Positions 30,714 through 44,606 of a stretch of 64,000 nucleotides of DNA are shown piece by piece. The notes under the pieces were generated by a model. It made no database searches. It was not told the origin of the DNA and saw only the letters and a list, made by a program, of their open reading frames with translations. Position 1 is the first letter of the stretch; every line of letters starts with the position of its first letter. The position numbers and the translations under genes were made by a program. Origin of the DNA: Blasia pusilla (Eukaryota); assembly GCA_050084515.1 (NCBI GenBank), contig CM114271.1:8618001-8682000 (forward strand), written 5' to 3'.

Positions 30714-31138
30714 TTTTCAGGTTGGCGGATGAGAAATTTGTGTCTGAATAAAATTTCGTGGCATTTTGGTGGAGATTGCAGGGTAGCCACTTCTGATGTA
30801 AAGAGGGTCGTGGTTCTAAACATGCTTACTAGGTAGGTGGTATGACTTCGTATATAGACTCGTCATTACCTACCCTCTGATTTTGAGAGTTCCAATCTTC
30901 TGAAATTTTGATCGAACAGCCATAATTGCGAAACTATATAATATCAGGTTTTGCATCAACATTATGCAGTTTTTTTAATTTTGGAAGGATGAAATGTAAT
31001 CATGGTGGTTTCTAAAAGACTCTTGTGATTAGGCTCTTGATTAGGATATGTCTGGTTGCAGGTGGAATTCTCTATTCATTCGTCATCCATTGCCATATCC
31101 AATCATGCGAGTAGAGCTTTAGAGCTAGGTAGTCCATC

Positions 31139-32098
31139 ATGGAAAATCATTGGCAACACAGTACCAAAATGAGAATTGTTGAGCTTCTCCCACTCCCAAG
31201 TGGCGGTGTCTCTAAAGTGTTCACGTGTCATGAGAACTCACCCAGATGCGCTTTGGGTACGATGACAACCTCTCTTTTTGCAAGGATTGTAGCATGCATA
31301 ATAGCCTTCCTTGAATTGCCCCATGATGAATGGTGTCGACTTAAAACAAACTTTCTGAAATTGGGTAGGAGAGACACTGATTGTCTCCGTGACGCCACAC
31401 ATGGAATTTATGGGAATTGGGTAAGAGTTTTGGAGAATTTCATATGGACCATCCTGAATTCCCAGAGGAATGAACGGGGTGTTAAATATGTCCACAAAGA
31501 TTGGTTGTCCTTGTCCATCCAGGATGGAAGATTGCATGACCCTGAAGACCATGATCTATTTCAAAGTAAATCAAGCTCGGTGGCTATTTTGAGGGAAAAG
31601 AAATTGTATTGGAAGAATGTGAGGGAAGGGAAACCACTCCCAACTGGTCCGCCAGCCACTCCACATCCAACCATGTTTGGTCGGGTGAGGGTAGTATTTG
31701 TCCTTGACAATATATCTCAATGGAGGTTGAAATGGATGAAGAGAAAATTTCTAGAATGTGGTAGGCATCTGGATGACACAGTGGATAGGAATACCACCCA
31801 CTTGATTTTCCGATCCTTTTCCAAAGCCTGTAGACATCATGAAAAGACATTGATTCATTTGTGGATGTCATCTCAAGGTCTGTATGTGCTTCATTACAAC
31901 TGGGTCAAAGAATCCATTGAATTGGGGCACTTGGTAGAAAGTACTCCACATGACTTGATTGGAAACAAGCAAGTGAAACAGCCATACCGGATCAACCAAA
32001 TCTCTGGAGACATGGAGGAGCTTACAGATGAGTGGCAAACCACAGATGACGAAGAAATAGATTCCACTTGTTTGGATAGTTGCGAAAGTAGTACATAG
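31139..32098 (+). CDS. Intact 319-aa ORF with a C-terminal BRCT domain (~31673-31960) and acidic tail
   Basis: MFGRVRVVFVL...TTHLIF...VLHYNWVKESIELG follows the BRCT pattern (F-G start, THLI, W..E/DS) and resembles the plant DNA polymerase lambda BRCT. Confidence 0.7.
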   Translation: MENHWQHSTKMRIVELLPLPSGGVSKVFTCHENSPRCALGTMTTSLFARIVACIIAFLELPHDEWCRLKTNFLKLGRRDTDCLRDATHGIYGNWVRVLENFIWTILNSQRNERGVKYVHKDWLSLSIQDGRLHDPEDHDLFQSKSSSVAILREKKLYWKNVREGKPLPTGPPATPHPTMFGRVRVVFVLDNISQWRLKWMKRKFLECGRHLDDTVDRNTTHLIFRSFSKACRHHEKTLIHLWMSSQGLYVLHYNWVKESIELGHLVESTPHDLIGNKQVKQPYRINQISGDMEELTDEWQTTDDEEIDSTCLDSCESST

Positions 32099-32332
32099 AC
32101 CGTGTACTAAGACATGTATTTTTATATTGAATGTGGGTTCCATCTCATTGATTTTTCCTCAATACCAGGTTGCTCCAATATGGCCGCATGCAGTGACTAC
32201 ATTCCAAGTTGGCCAATCAATTGTATAAAGGTGAGGAATATCAGCAACCTCGTGCATTTTTTTTACCACCCTAAAAGTTTATAAACATATTTTTTTATGG
32301 TTGATAGTGAAGTTTGGTATCTTTAGGGTTTC

Positions 32333-33990
32333 ATGGATGTCCCACCTAGCCCTCCTTACTAGGGGAAAAATGCTCATCATCATGCACCCATAGGCAATCC
32401 TCCACATCGCTTCGGACCTAGAACAAGCAGGTTACCATTACAACATCCAAAACGGACCAGAGCTCGTGATTCCAAACTTTGGGATTGGGAGCAAGTCCTA
32501 GTGGGACACTCTAGAAGTGACCAGATGAGATGTCCTTGTGTAGCTTGCAATGGGTCTCGCACACTGGCCTTGCGGAATGTTTTCACTCACCTTCAAAAAC
32601 ACGGAAGGCATCCAGATAAAAGAGTTTCTGGAGTTCTAGGAGATGAGGACTCGTCTGATGAAGAGTTGAGGTCTGGATCAAACATTGCTTGTGCGGCTAG
32701 ACATGCACAATTTTTGGGACAAGCAATGGGCAACCTCGATGCTCGAGATGCAGGTGAGGCAGGTACCACACCCAAGGAGTTTGCATACAATAATCGTGAT
32801 GATGGGGTTGATGCTGAAGGTGATAGTGTTGATAATGGGATTGATGTGCAACGCATGGTCCGTGACATCTTCCAAGATCTTGATGCATTCTATGATGATG
32901 TCGAGAGCATGGAAGACATCATTGATGCAGCCAAAGAGGCTAGAGAGGACGCACATGATATTGGGCAAGAAGAGGACGAGCAGGGATGGATGTTTGGGTC
33001 GCATGAAACTGTTTCTTATGCATGACAGCCTTTGTTCCAAGGCTCTAAGTGTACAAAGTTGGCCTTTGTACTCATGTTGATGAACATCTGTGGGAATCAT
33101 GGTGTCCGAGCTATGTTTGTTTCAAGATTACTTGCATTCTTGAAGACAACCGTCTTTCCTATTGGGAACACGGCTCCTGGAAATAAGTACGAGGGAACTA
33201 AATTATTGTCAAGTCTTGGATTGAATTACAATTCCATTCATGCTTGCCCTGATGGCCATGTGCTCTTCAGAGGAGAGCATGCAAATCGATCAAGTTTCCC
33301 GCTATGTGGACAACAAAGGTATAGGAATGTGGGCAAGTCCATGTAGCCTACGAAGGTACTTCGACATTTTGAAATCATTCCTAGATTGAAACAGATGTAC
33401 AGGAGCCCAAATATTCCAAAGTTGATGACTTGGACATGCAAGAACAAGAGTATCGATGGCTTGTAGTGGCACATCAGAGATTCAGAACATTGGAGATTCA
33501 TTGACTAGAGATGGCTAGAGTTTGCAAGAGAGATAAGGAATGTGAGACTTGGCCTCTCGACCGATGGATTCAATCCATCTGGAGACAAGAACAATGTATA
33601 TTCTTGTTGGCCTATAACCATGTTGAATTACAACCTCCCTCCGTGGTTGACTACTAAGAAGTTTTTTTGTCTTATTGGTTTTTCTTATCCCAGGCCCACA
33701 ATCTGCTCTTTCTAGGAATATAGACGTTTGGATAGCTCCTCTTGTGGATGAGTTGAAGCGCTTGTGGTACGAAGGCATTTGGATCCATGATGTGATGTAA
33801 TGGGTTCGGAGACCAAACCCATTCAGGCTAAAACCCTAATTGGTATTGACTTTGGGAGATTATGCAACCCACGACATGATTTCCGGTCAGGCAACAAAGA
33901 GGTATTTGGCTTGTACAACATGTGGCCCCAATTTCACTGGTCAGCATTCTAGACCCTTGAGGAGAATGAAATACACTAGACATCGATGTC
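32333..33990 (+). pseudogene. CACTA Tnp2/TnpD-type transposase, 3'-truncated
   Basis: MRCPCVACN, LGLNYNSIHACP, RNVRLGLSTDGFNP, YSCWP..NYNLPPWL, LIPGP, IDVWIAPLVDELKRLW. Confidence 0.92.
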
Positions 33991-34925
33991 TAGTATATTT
34001 CATGCTCCACTCGGACGAGTTGCACATTTACGTCATTCTTGGACTCTGGTTGGACTGCTAGGGTGTTGACATACTTTACCAACAACCGCGGGACCTTGGG
34101 CTCCGGGCATTCCACTGTAGTGTGCCCGCCCTTCTTGCAATTTCCGCACAATGGATTGAGTCCTACTGGCCGCTTTGGAGTTGGGCAATTATGAGCCTAG
34201 TGGTCAGCTGCCCCGTAATTATAACAACAATTCCTTTTTATGGGTGGCGTGAAGGCTACGGCGCCCATAATCTGTCTCAGGGGTCTTTGTTCCCTGTATT
34301 CTAGAGGCACATATCAGGTGATCCAACTTCGTCCGAGATTAGATGGTGGCACAGCTTGGATTGCATAGCACCCTTCCCACTGTTCGGGTTCATACCACCC
34401 TTCTTCTGTAGTTGGATCTTCCTGGATCCAACGTAAATCCCTCTGATTATGACATTCCTGAGCAGTATGCCTTTGGGTTCCGCAAGTATTGCACCAGATG
34501 TTGGGCCTCATCAAACCTGGTCGTCTTCAGGAATCCTTCTGGGCCGTAAGATGTACCTTTAATTCCGCCTTTTTTTTACTTAGCTATTCAATGGCAGACT
34601 TGCCTGCCTTCCTCGCTGTCCCCCTCATTGGACTTTCCGACCGTTGGGGAAGGTGCTTTGTTGGTCGGGTTTTCCTTCCGTGCTTGGGAGAGTGGTGGTG
34701 CGTGATTTTTCTTTTCCGCTTAGATTTTAAATATTTTTCGGAGTCATAGAGGATTCCGTGTGTGTGGAAGACGCTTCGTCCTTCAACGAAGCACTAGTTT
34801 GCGAATAACCTCGTCATTGGTGATGCCATCTTCGTATTTTACGGGACTTCTCTTAGGCCTCGTACGCCTCTACGGAGGCTATGACTGCTTCCAAGGAATC
34901 TTGTTGGCCTCGCCGGCATTACCGG
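33991..34925 (-). mobile_element. Family A gag fragment (A3)
   Basis: RPNIWCNTCGTQRHTAQEC and EEGWYEPEQWEG; homologous to ~4500-5330 and 46950-47800. Confidence 0.85.
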
Positions 34926-37900
34926 TGTCGTATAGTAAACTCAACTAGTATGTAAACTCCTTCATCATTAAGTGTTAAATAGAGTTTCATTAGTATTAAG
35001 TAAATTGGCTTAGAAAAAGGAAATTCTTATGTTTAAACCTCTTTATGATGCCTCTTTTATGCGGGCCTAATTTTAGAAAAGGAGGTGATAAATAAAAGAT
35101 GACTTTATAAGAGTAAAGTAGTTGCTTTAATGAAAAGCAAAAGTAGTCTTGGTTGGTGGTTAGATTAGTTGGGGTAATTTGGAAAGTATCAATTGGGTAA
35201 AAAAAGGATATTTTGGAAGAGATAAGAGGAAATCTACTTGTGTCAAAATGTGATTGGCTAAGCCTTGAGAGGAAGCCATGTGGCACAAGATAAGATAAGC
35301 TCTATTTCGTACTCTTGTGGATCCTTTGTGAGTATATAAAGAAGAGGGACCTTCAAGGGTTCATCACCTTCTATTCCACATCTTTAGTCTCTCGTGTCTC
35401 TCTTGAGTGTATGGCTTTGGGATTGCTTGCTCTTCCAATGAGAGTGGATCACCCCTCTTGGGAGAGTAACTTGATCATGGTCTATTCTTCGAGAGGTTTC
35501 TAGAGTATGGTGTGTGTGTGTGGAGATGAGAGGTTTGTTACCTTAGAGAATTTTAGTCACACAAAAATAGTGAATATTTTGGCTTGTTACTTCCCCAATG
35601 AGAGTGGATTACCCCTCTTGGGAGAATAATTCCGCCAAAATCCATTCTTGAGGAGAGTAAAGAATGTCTGTCAAGCATGGATAGGGGTGGAGCACGAGTT
35701 GTGTCCGACTTTCCTTTCCTCAATCCATACCATGTCAAGGTACTCTTTGTAGATAGACACTGGTTTACTCGATATTTAGTTTATCACTTTGGGGAGGCGT
35801 TCATGAACCAGGTCATGCAATCTCCAACTCCGGTGATTCTTCCTATCGTCACATATGGAAGGACATGGGATTGTACTTTGTATGTCCTTATATAGCAATC
35901 CATAGATGTCAATAGGCCTACTCAAGTAGGGTTTAACAGTAGTTGTGCTATCTTCCTCGTGTACAAGCGTAAAATAGTTTATAGGGATTTTATAGTTAGG
36001 AATTTTGGGGTCTGATGTTACGAAGAAGTGATCGCCTCGGCACTTCCATTTGTGATACCTGTTGTGAGAGAATGGAGAGTATACATCATAATTTTGTATT
36101 GAAAAAGGAGAACTTCTTAAAGAGTTCACCTTGCATCAACCGCATCTACCGCAACTAGAAGGCCCGCCCTTGCTCGAAGAAAGGCTCTCGACACGACAAA
36201 TGGTGCTTCCACTGAGAGATCTTTGAGGCGGTAGATTTTGTTTGCAAGTTGGAGTCTTATCAAGATGACTACTTTTCGTAGTACTTTATCAATGGAAACT
36301 CAGGGAGCTTATGATCTTCTCCAAACTTTGACAACATTGTTGAGCCAACAAGGAGGAGTTCACATAGGAGAGCAAAGATCAATAAGGGCTCTTCAAGCGA
36401 TTGTAGAGAAGTTGGGGAGATATGATGGGAGGAACATCACCAAGTATGTTCGAGAGTATGTCTGTAAGATGGAGGTAAATCATGTATCCAAAGGTGATAC
36501 GGTGTCAAGTTTTGAGTGAGCTGTAATACCAGAGATTCGTAGTCAAGTGAAGAAGTTGAGAGCAGAAAATCCGACCTCGTGGGAGGAGTATGAGCAGTTG
36601 CTGAAAGCAGAATTCTTCGATGATGATGTGGATCGGATGACTAAGAGGAGTTTTTTAGAATGGATAGAGCAACGTCCAGGGAAGGGAATGACTCCAAATG
36701 AATTATTGCGTGAGTTTGAGAAGCGGTTTTTTCTGCTTTCTTCTTCCGAAAGAGCAACTCTAGACTTGAGGAATACTGAGTTATTCCTTGAGGCGGCTGA
36801 CGAGAATTTGGAGGACAAGCTTTTCATAATGTTGGCGGACAAGACCAAAGAAGGAGGTGTTAGCACTGATTGGAAGAAAGTGGAAGAAGCTGTTGCTATC
36901 CTTACAAAGCAAAATCGAAGTAGAGGTAGAACCGCACTATTCAAGTCGGAGGTATTAATTTCAAATCCATTGCCTAAGCCCGTTTCAACAAAACTTGAAG
37001 ATTCCGCTATAGATGAGTTGGTGAAAGGTTTGAGAGAATTGAGAGTAGAAATGGCAGAGCTTAAACTTGATAGGAATCCTAGTGTTGGTGCTCCTTCGAC
37101 AAGTAGGAACTTTGTGAGAAGATGTATATGGTGTGATAGTGTTGAGCATCAACGTCGAAAATGTGAGGAGTTTTCAGAAGCTCTTAGGAATGGAATAGTA
37201 AACTTCAAAGATGGGAAGATTCATTCAACGCATAATGGTATGCCGTTGAATACCAACTTTGGTAGAGGAGGAATGAAAGGCTTAGTAAGAAGTCAAGTAG
37301 GAGTTGCCACTACGACATTAGATTCTGATACCTTTGCAGTAAAAATAGAAGCGCCTATTATATCTGTAGCTAAAAGTGAATCATTAGAATTTCCTCGAGA
37401 AGTTATGATACGAGGGGCAGAGACTATCCATCATCTGACTGGATGGGATGATCCAGTGGAAGCTGGGTGTGTTAAAGCATACCTAATACAAGAGAAACAT
37501 GTGAGTTGGCAAGATGCTAGTGTGGAGGAGAAGGGAAGACGCGACAATGATGGTGTTGATGCTGAGGAAGCCGTAAGAAGAGCAAGGACCTTAAGAAGAA
37601 AAGGACAATCGGAGGCGCAGCCATCAAGAGAAGAAGGACCTTCCACATCTGAATTTGTGAGGGATTCTCATGTCAAAGAAACAGGTACGAAGGAGAACAA
37701 ATTGAGGTCTCCTCAGTAGACCAAGGATAAGCCTTCTACATACAAGCTGCAGTCTGATATCGAGACAAGCACAAATTTAAGTTTAAATTTGTGGAGAATT
37801 CAAGGACGCAAAAATAGAGTTTTCTTTAAGGGAAGTCTTGGGCATAGCCAAACAAGACTTTCATGAGTTGATCATAGATGTGATCAAAAGGAAGAGGCAG

Positions 37901-38140
37901 ATGATTGTAGATATGGTGATGATGAGAGCTTTGGATACTGACATCATAGAAGAAGAAGATGAAGAGCTTTGCCAAGTGTTTGGACAAAAGCTTGACTTAC
38001 GGGAAGAAGAGGCGAGAGTAGGAGAAGCCTTGACAGAACAAGGTGAAGAAAGGCATAATGGTGGACACTATTCTCGATCATATTGGGCGCGTGCAACGAC
38101 GGAGGCTAGAGTTTGACTTGGCTCTCTTCAAGAGTCAGTT
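34926..38140 (+). mobile_element. Family D copy D2: LTR 34926-36198, PBS 36201-36218, gag; truncated before protease
   Basis: TGTCGTATAG...ACACGACA followed by TGGTGCTTCCACTGAGAG; ORFs 36238, 36547 and 37838 are homologous to D1. Confidence 0.9.
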
Positions 38141-40094
38141 TCAATCTAGTTGATTTGGTCGGCTCCTCGTCCCCCGAGTCCCCAAAGGAGTTCTAGGTTA
38201 ACTCTTTGTACGACTGCAAACTGGGAGGAGACGTGGTGGGGAGCGTATTCTTGTCCCTCTTCTTGCTCTTGGGCTTCGTGCGAAGACAAAGACTGGGAGA
38301 CACCCCAGGCGGTCTCCAAGACGGGTGATCTTCTTGTTGCTTACTACGTCGATCAGCTTGCTGATCTTGCGAAGAGGTCCAGGAGACTTCCATGAGTCCC
38401 TTATGGGATTCGGGAGCTTACTTCCGCACCCACGGTCGCCACAAGGTAGGGGTCCATGGAGGGAAATTAAATCTTCCTAATTCCTAAGCCTACAGGCGTG
38501 TGCAGGTGCTCTTAATCTTCTTGCCAAGTTTTCCTCCCATAAAGAGAAGTACCCGATCATCACCAAGTACAACTGACGTTCATGTGCGAAGCACCGTTCG
38601 GCGATTGGTTTTTTGACAATACTAATTAATTGTTCTATCTTTTCTAGCACCAATGCAGAAAACCGGTTGTTATCTTCTTTCATCCATTGTCTGAGGGGGA
38701 TAGCTAGAGATAGCAGATAGTCTTTAGTAAGAACTAGTTGGTTGGGTCTTCTAGGATACGAGGCTTCTTTCCCCGCTCCTGGATTCCCCATGTGTCTCTC
38801 TCCCTCTTCAGAAAAGCTTATAATCCCCGGCAGCGGCGCCAAAAAGTTTGTTGCTATATGTAATGTATAAGAGTTTCTATTTTACAGTCATTTAATAAGT
38901 TCGATCCCCAAGAGGATCATTCTTTGATGAAAAGAGAGTTCGAAATTACAATTCTGTTGTAATAGTTGTATTTAAATGTGTATGAGTTCTATTCAATGTC
39001 TTATCAATATGTTCGGATCTTTCTTAGTACCAAGGGATCTTTTCTCAATTCTCTCTAATGGAATTAACAGCATGCTCAGGTAGATTTCCTCTCGATATCA
39101 AGAAACCTCACAGAGATCTCAACATGAAAGCTGGCTTCTCCTACTTTCGGAACTCAATCCGTCTCGGCAGGCTACTCTATGTCAAACATATTTCCTACAA
39201 TCTTTATGTTGATTATTCCATTGATGAGAAAGGTTCGCCTGATTCACTCTTCACTCTGCAGACCCAAAAAGAATACTCAGACATAAGCATCGCACATCAG
39301 AATGAATGAATGATTGCTTTACTACTCCATCAAGAATGAGAAAGCTTCAAAGTGTATACAAGCTCGAGAGGATACTACTCCCTTGCTCGGACCATTCCTA
39401 CAGCATGAGGACTTCGTAAGAGAATGATGATTATGGCTTATGTTTTGCTTCTTAAATACTCGCTGGAGTAGGAGTGATCCAAAGATTCGAAGCGTTCTTG
39501 ATGAACCTGGTGTCTCTTCAGCATTTGTAACTACCTAGATCTATGGTTCTCTTAGATTTTCCTACGATCCCTGTGAATCCGCATAACAAAACTGTCCTAA
39601 CTACCTATCTGATACAAAGGGTCGCGCCCTTTCCTAGTCTAACTGTTCTAACGGTATGACACTTGAAATCACTGTCATTCTTAGCTTCGCTTCATTGACT
39701 TCTTGAGGACAAAGCACTCCATTCTTTGTTCTTGTTTAAGGTGCTTCGTGCTTCGCACTTCGTACAAGAGCAAAGTACTTCTTTCTCTTATTCTTCCTGC
39801 TTTGTTATGCCTCGTTATATAGCAAAGCACTTTGTAGACAGAGCTTCGTTAAGCTTCGTTATCGTTCTCAAGCTTCTTGATGGGTCTTGAAACTTCGTTA
39901 TTTTATTCTCCTCTCCTCTTAGGCAAATCCTTGATTTTCTATCCCTCTGCCTTGTCCTTGGAGCTTCTTGATTCACTTTAATCTTACTCATTCCTCCTCA
40001 TAATAATAAATAATAATCAAAATCATAATGTACAAGAGTCTTTATTGAATAAAAAAAAATATTTCTTCAAAAGTACAAAATTTTGGGTATCACA
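38141..40094 (-). mobile_element. Family C 5' fragment: LTR 38849-40094, PBS, start of internal ORF
   Basis: The LTR is an inverted copy of 11089-12364; PBS TGGCGCCGCTGCCGGGGA at 38824-38841 is Athila-like; ORF 38477-38842 follows. Confidence 0.88.
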
Positions 40095-40096
40095 AG

Positions 40097-40459
40097 TTGG
40101 ATCATTTGGATCTTCTGCAAAAGCCAATGGTGGTGAGAAGAGCGACACTGAGGAAGAGGACCCGAGAGGCTACCAAGCCGGTATTGAAATCTTTTATGGT
40201 TGCGTTGCAGTTGTTGATATCACGTGAGAACCTCTATGTGGTTGTAGGTTATGGCAACTTGGATGATGGTTGTTCTACTTTCCATGGAGGTGGCATTCCA
40301 GATGGGCATTTTTTTCTCCATTTGAGAGAGGTTTGCAAAAAGAAATATGTATTGCCATTTCCAAATATGGTTGATGATCCACCGCATATTTATGTTGGAG
40401 ATGCCATTGATAGTGTAGTGTTATGGCCATCTCATCTTGTTATGCCTTCTCAAAAATAG
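40097..40459 (+). pseudogene. C-terminal remnant of CACTA second ORF (TnpA-like)
   Basis: FHGGGIPDG...LPFPN...VGDAIDSVVLWP resembles CACTA ORF2 C-termini and sits just before the right subterminal repeats. Confidence 0.65.
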
Positions 40460-41144
40460 GGACACCTTTGCTTTGTGTGTAGAATTTTTTAGTAAACTTT
40501 CCCTTTGACATTCCTGTTGAGTGTGGCGATCTCCATATACTTGATGTTTGTGTTTCAGTTTTGAGTGTGACAATTGAGATGTACTTGGATTTCCATGTCT
40601 CAGTTTTGAGAATATCAGAGGGGGAGTTTGCAATGAGAAGTAGATTTTGTGTTCATCCATTGATGACCATCTTTCACTATAATTTACTAGGCATTCTTCT
40701 GACGTAAGAAAATAATCCATTTTAGGATGTATGGATACACTTTGTAGCTTTGGACTTATGGCCACAATTGGATGTAAGAAACATTTGCTAGCTATATCTT
40801 TCAATAGATAAGGATTTTTTACTGTGAAAAATTGATCTGACCAGATGCTGCAACATGGATGGGTTGGTACAGGAGTAATGTGCTTGTATGTTTTCACACG
40901 ATGCTGGTCTCTTACATAATGGCATCTCCATTGCATGGATGTAAGAGAAGTAGTGATAGGTGTAGGGAGGATAGGTAGGAAGGAGTAATTCATATTCATG
41001 GATACAAAATGGACTAAAATGCCAATTCCATGTACATATTTATGTCAGCAATAAAGCAATATGTCATACATGAATAGTTGTTATTTGGACTAGTATAGTT
41101 GTTATTTGGATATTGTTGGTGAATTGGATTATAAATGACATGGG

Positions 41145-41651
41145 GAAGTCATTTTAATGACTCTTAGTCATTCTTTTATGATGCATGAAGTCATTATTTA
41201 TTACTCTGAGAAGTCACTCTTAATGACTTGCCTAGTCATTATTAATGACTCGTCTAGTCAATTCTTAATGAATCGTCTAGTCAATGCTTATGACTCTTCT
41301 AGACATTCTTCATTACTCGTCCAATCATTGTTAATGAATCGTCTAGTCAGTCATGACTCTTCTAGTCATTCTTTATGACTCGTCTAGTCATTTTTTATGA
41401 CTCGTCTAGTCATTTTTTATGACTTGACCTAGTCATAAAAAATGACTAGGTCAAGTCATATTTAGTGACTATGTTGAGTAACAAAAAAGAGACTCAGATA
41501 TGACTACCCTCGGTTTTAGTAACAAATTATACGACTAGGATTATTTTTTATTACTAGAGTCTGGTTAAGTAATTACTTAGTCACACAGGCCCGGTTTCAG
41601 TAACATCTAGTCATTTTTCTAAGTCATCCAGAGGGGGTTTTTGTACTAGTA
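41145..41651. repeat. CACTA right subterminal repeat array and TIR
   Basis: Many ATGACT(C/A)/(T)AGTCAT units in both orientations ending at the TIR. Confidence 0.88.
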
Positions 41652-42590
41652 TCACATCGTGATCAGCGATCTTGGATCCTAGGTGAACCAAATTGGGCGT
41701 CCTCTTGGTGACTTTGAGAGATGTATCTAGATCTCTCGCCGATAAGTGTTTAGTAGCAAATGCAATCATACTCGATTTACTAACCTTGGGGCTCACACAT
41801 TCCTTAGCCATATGCCTAGGTTTTCCACAATTATAGCAAATCACTTTGGCATTTGCTGACTTTAGGTACGGCCGCCCTCTTGGCTTCGCATTGAGTTCCA
41901 ATCGTTTTTTTGTTGGGGCAAGAGACCCTCCGTGGTCGCGTTCACCCCCATTCCAAACCCTCTTGGATGCCCCTATGTTTTTCGATAACTTAGAAAAACT
42001 TTTTGGCATGAAGGGTTTTTGGCTTTGGACTTCATCCTCCCCCATCCTCTCTGCAAGCTTCATAAGCTCTGTGCATGTATCCGGTAGCTAAGGCATACAC
42101 AAGAGGTCCTTTTCGGCGCTTGACTTGAGTCCACTTAAGAAGATCACTTTCTTTGCAAACTCATCCATTGTTGGAAGTGAGTTCATTTATGCATTGAACT
42201 CTCACACACAAGCGCTAAGGGACCCACTTTTTTGCAACCATACAAACTCCATGCCATCGCAATACTCCTGATATTCCTGATCACACCGATTGAATCGGTC
42301 ACCAATCAACACCTTTAACTCTTCCCAACTCAAAGTTGTTCCACGGCCCATATGTTCTTTGCGATGAGCCATCCACCAGTGGAGAGTGTGATCCTTAAGA
42401 AACGTGATCGCTATATTCATCTTGTCATGCTCATCTTCCTTTTGCGCTTTGGCGTAAAGTTTGAGCTTTGTTAGAAACTCACTCACTTTCCGAGAACGCC
42501 CCATTCTTGTGAATGGCGTTGGAAAATTTGTCTTACAAAGCTTCTTGCCGTTACTAGAAGCTTCGTTTGACTTAAGTTCAACTTAGAGAG
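41652..42590 (-). mobile_element. Family E gag part
   Basis: TFLKDHTLHWW and knuckle CYNCGKPRHMAKEC; reads into the protease at 22167 once the CACTA is removed. Confidence 0.85.
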
Positions 42591-42594
42591 ACTC

Positions 42595-42990
42595 CCCCTT
42601 ACTTGTACTTCAAGGGATCCCCGCCCTCCCCCTAAATTTAGGGAAAAATAGTCGGGCCCCTCAGATTGGCCCTAAACCCGATTACTCTCATAATCGTTTT
42701 TGTCCAATATCTCAGTCTGTACTCATGAGTTTGCTAAGATCTTTGGTGCGTTGGAAGCGTCTTGGAATAAGATTTCCAATGCGTGCTTATTTGTTCCAAG
42801 AGAATCCCCAAACTCTAGTCAGGTTCCAAATCAAAATCAAAATCCCCAAACGCTAGTCGGGTTCCAAAAGTGGTTGTCACCTCTTTAGCAACCAACCTTC
42901 CTAGACCCAACTTATCTCAAGTCTTGGCTCAAGTTTGGTACAGGTTTCCTAGTTGCAACCACAAATGTATGAAACGCACAACTCTATTCT
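42595..42990 (+). repeat. Diverged fragment of a family A-like LTR
   Basis: Shares blocks with the reverse complement of 6400-6780 (GTCGGGCCC, CAAACGCTAGT, TCAAGTCTTG, GTTTGGT.CAGGTTTC). Confidence 0.6.
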
Positions 42991-42991
42991 G

Positions 42992-44599
42992 TGTGATAAC
43001 CCACTCTTTCGAGAATTTTGAAAATTTGAAATTTTTGTATTGAATTATAGTAAAGTCTTTATGAAGTGAAGACCAAAGACTCACTTCTGGAAGGAAAGAG
43101 TCTTCCTTTACTGCAATTTTGTGGGAGGATTAATGGATAGAACTTTGATGAAAAGACAAGAAATGGTAGTAGATTAAGGATTGTCTTGGAAAAGTGAGAA
43201 TTGTGTAAAAGTAGGAAAAGATAGAAAAAGAAGTTAGAAGAAGAAGCGCGGGTGCTTCGCAAGGAAGATTGCAGGAAGAACGGTGTAAAAGACTATCAAC
43301 AAAGATTGGGGAAAGCTTCTTTGTAAAGAAGATGGAAGATAGTCTCTGTACGAAGACTAGAGAAGAAGGACGAAGACTCCAGAGCAGAGACTAAGAACTC
43401 AAAGAAGCAAGAGGAAGAAGCGGAAGAGGTAAAAGAGTCTTCACAAAAGTGGACAGGAATATTAAGAAGAGGAATAGAAAGATAGAGAGTACTTGGAAAA
43501 AAAATGAAGGAAAGAGCGTAAAGACTCTTCATGGTGACACAAGGATAAGAGTCTTCGCATGAAGATAGGATAGGAAAGAGAAAGACTACAAAGACTAGGA
43601 AGAGTCTTTGCGAATAACGGCAAAGAGCGAAAAGACTGTAAAGAGTGAACCGTCGCGGCGGTTTCGGAAGCCAGAAAAGGGAGAGTCGCAGAAGTTACAT
43701 CCATTTAAAAGGGAGCGGAAAGGAAACACCATGACAATGAACAACCTTAGGAAGATGGAAGGTTGGAGAATTGGAATCAAAAAGTCAGGATTAGTAGTTA
43801 GAAATCTAGATTAGAGAAGAAAGATTAATTGGAACTATAAATACTATTTAAAGAGAAATTAGTAGAAGAAGAGATCATCGTTTTCCCTTGTATCTTGAAC
43901 TCCTCAATGTCGTTTTGTATATCTTGAGTTTACTAGCAGTCTTGGTGAGAGTGTAAGGATTTTTGTTGGGGGATGATCCAAGTTGAAGAGTCTTTTACTT
44001 TCTTAAACTTATACTACTTCTGAGTTCTTTCCACTCTTCGATGTAGAAGAAGGGTGTTCTTTCATTCCATCTGAGGTGCGGAATTGAATGTGGATCTTAT
44101 TGGGCTGCAGTAGATATGAGAGTTGAGCCTTGTAGTTTCAGAATTCCAGAAGATAATAAGGAAGAAGCTTAGGAAAATTGTTAGATAGTGAGTAACCTGC
44201 CATGATAGATTTAGTTTTGAAAGTAGGGTGAGCCGCCATTCTTGAGGTCTCTTTGAGGTCTTCATGGAGCTTGGTTATTGCAGGTTCACAAGAGTCTTCC
44301 TCTACATTTGAGAAGAGTCGTTTCTATGAGGAAAGAAGACTATCTTATCTTTTCTTTACTTTCCTGAAGTTGGAGTTAGTAGAGTTAGCGAAGCGTTTTA
44401 AGTGAAGAAAGAGATTATTCTGGTTATTTCTTATAAAACATCTCTTTACTCAGGAAAAAATGGTCTGTTGGGAACGAACTTAATACTTTTCCATAGAAAG
44501 AGTATATTTTTTCCTTGAGTTGTACATTACATTCCGCGTTTCGTCTCTTGGAATTTTCCAAGAGACATTTCCGAAACCCTCTCCAAAGCGCGATCATCG
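42992..44599 (+). repeat. Putative LTR of another family
   Basis: Starts TGTGATAACC, is AG-rich and non-coding, with CTATAAATA near 43834. No second copy or TSD was found. Confidence 0.45.
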
Positions 44600-44606
44600 T
44601 AGCATG

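Noticed and set aside
41145-41620. CRISPR-like or satellite array
   Set aside because: The units are irregular, occur in both orientations, lack unique spacers and abut a CACTA TIR; they are subterminal repeats.
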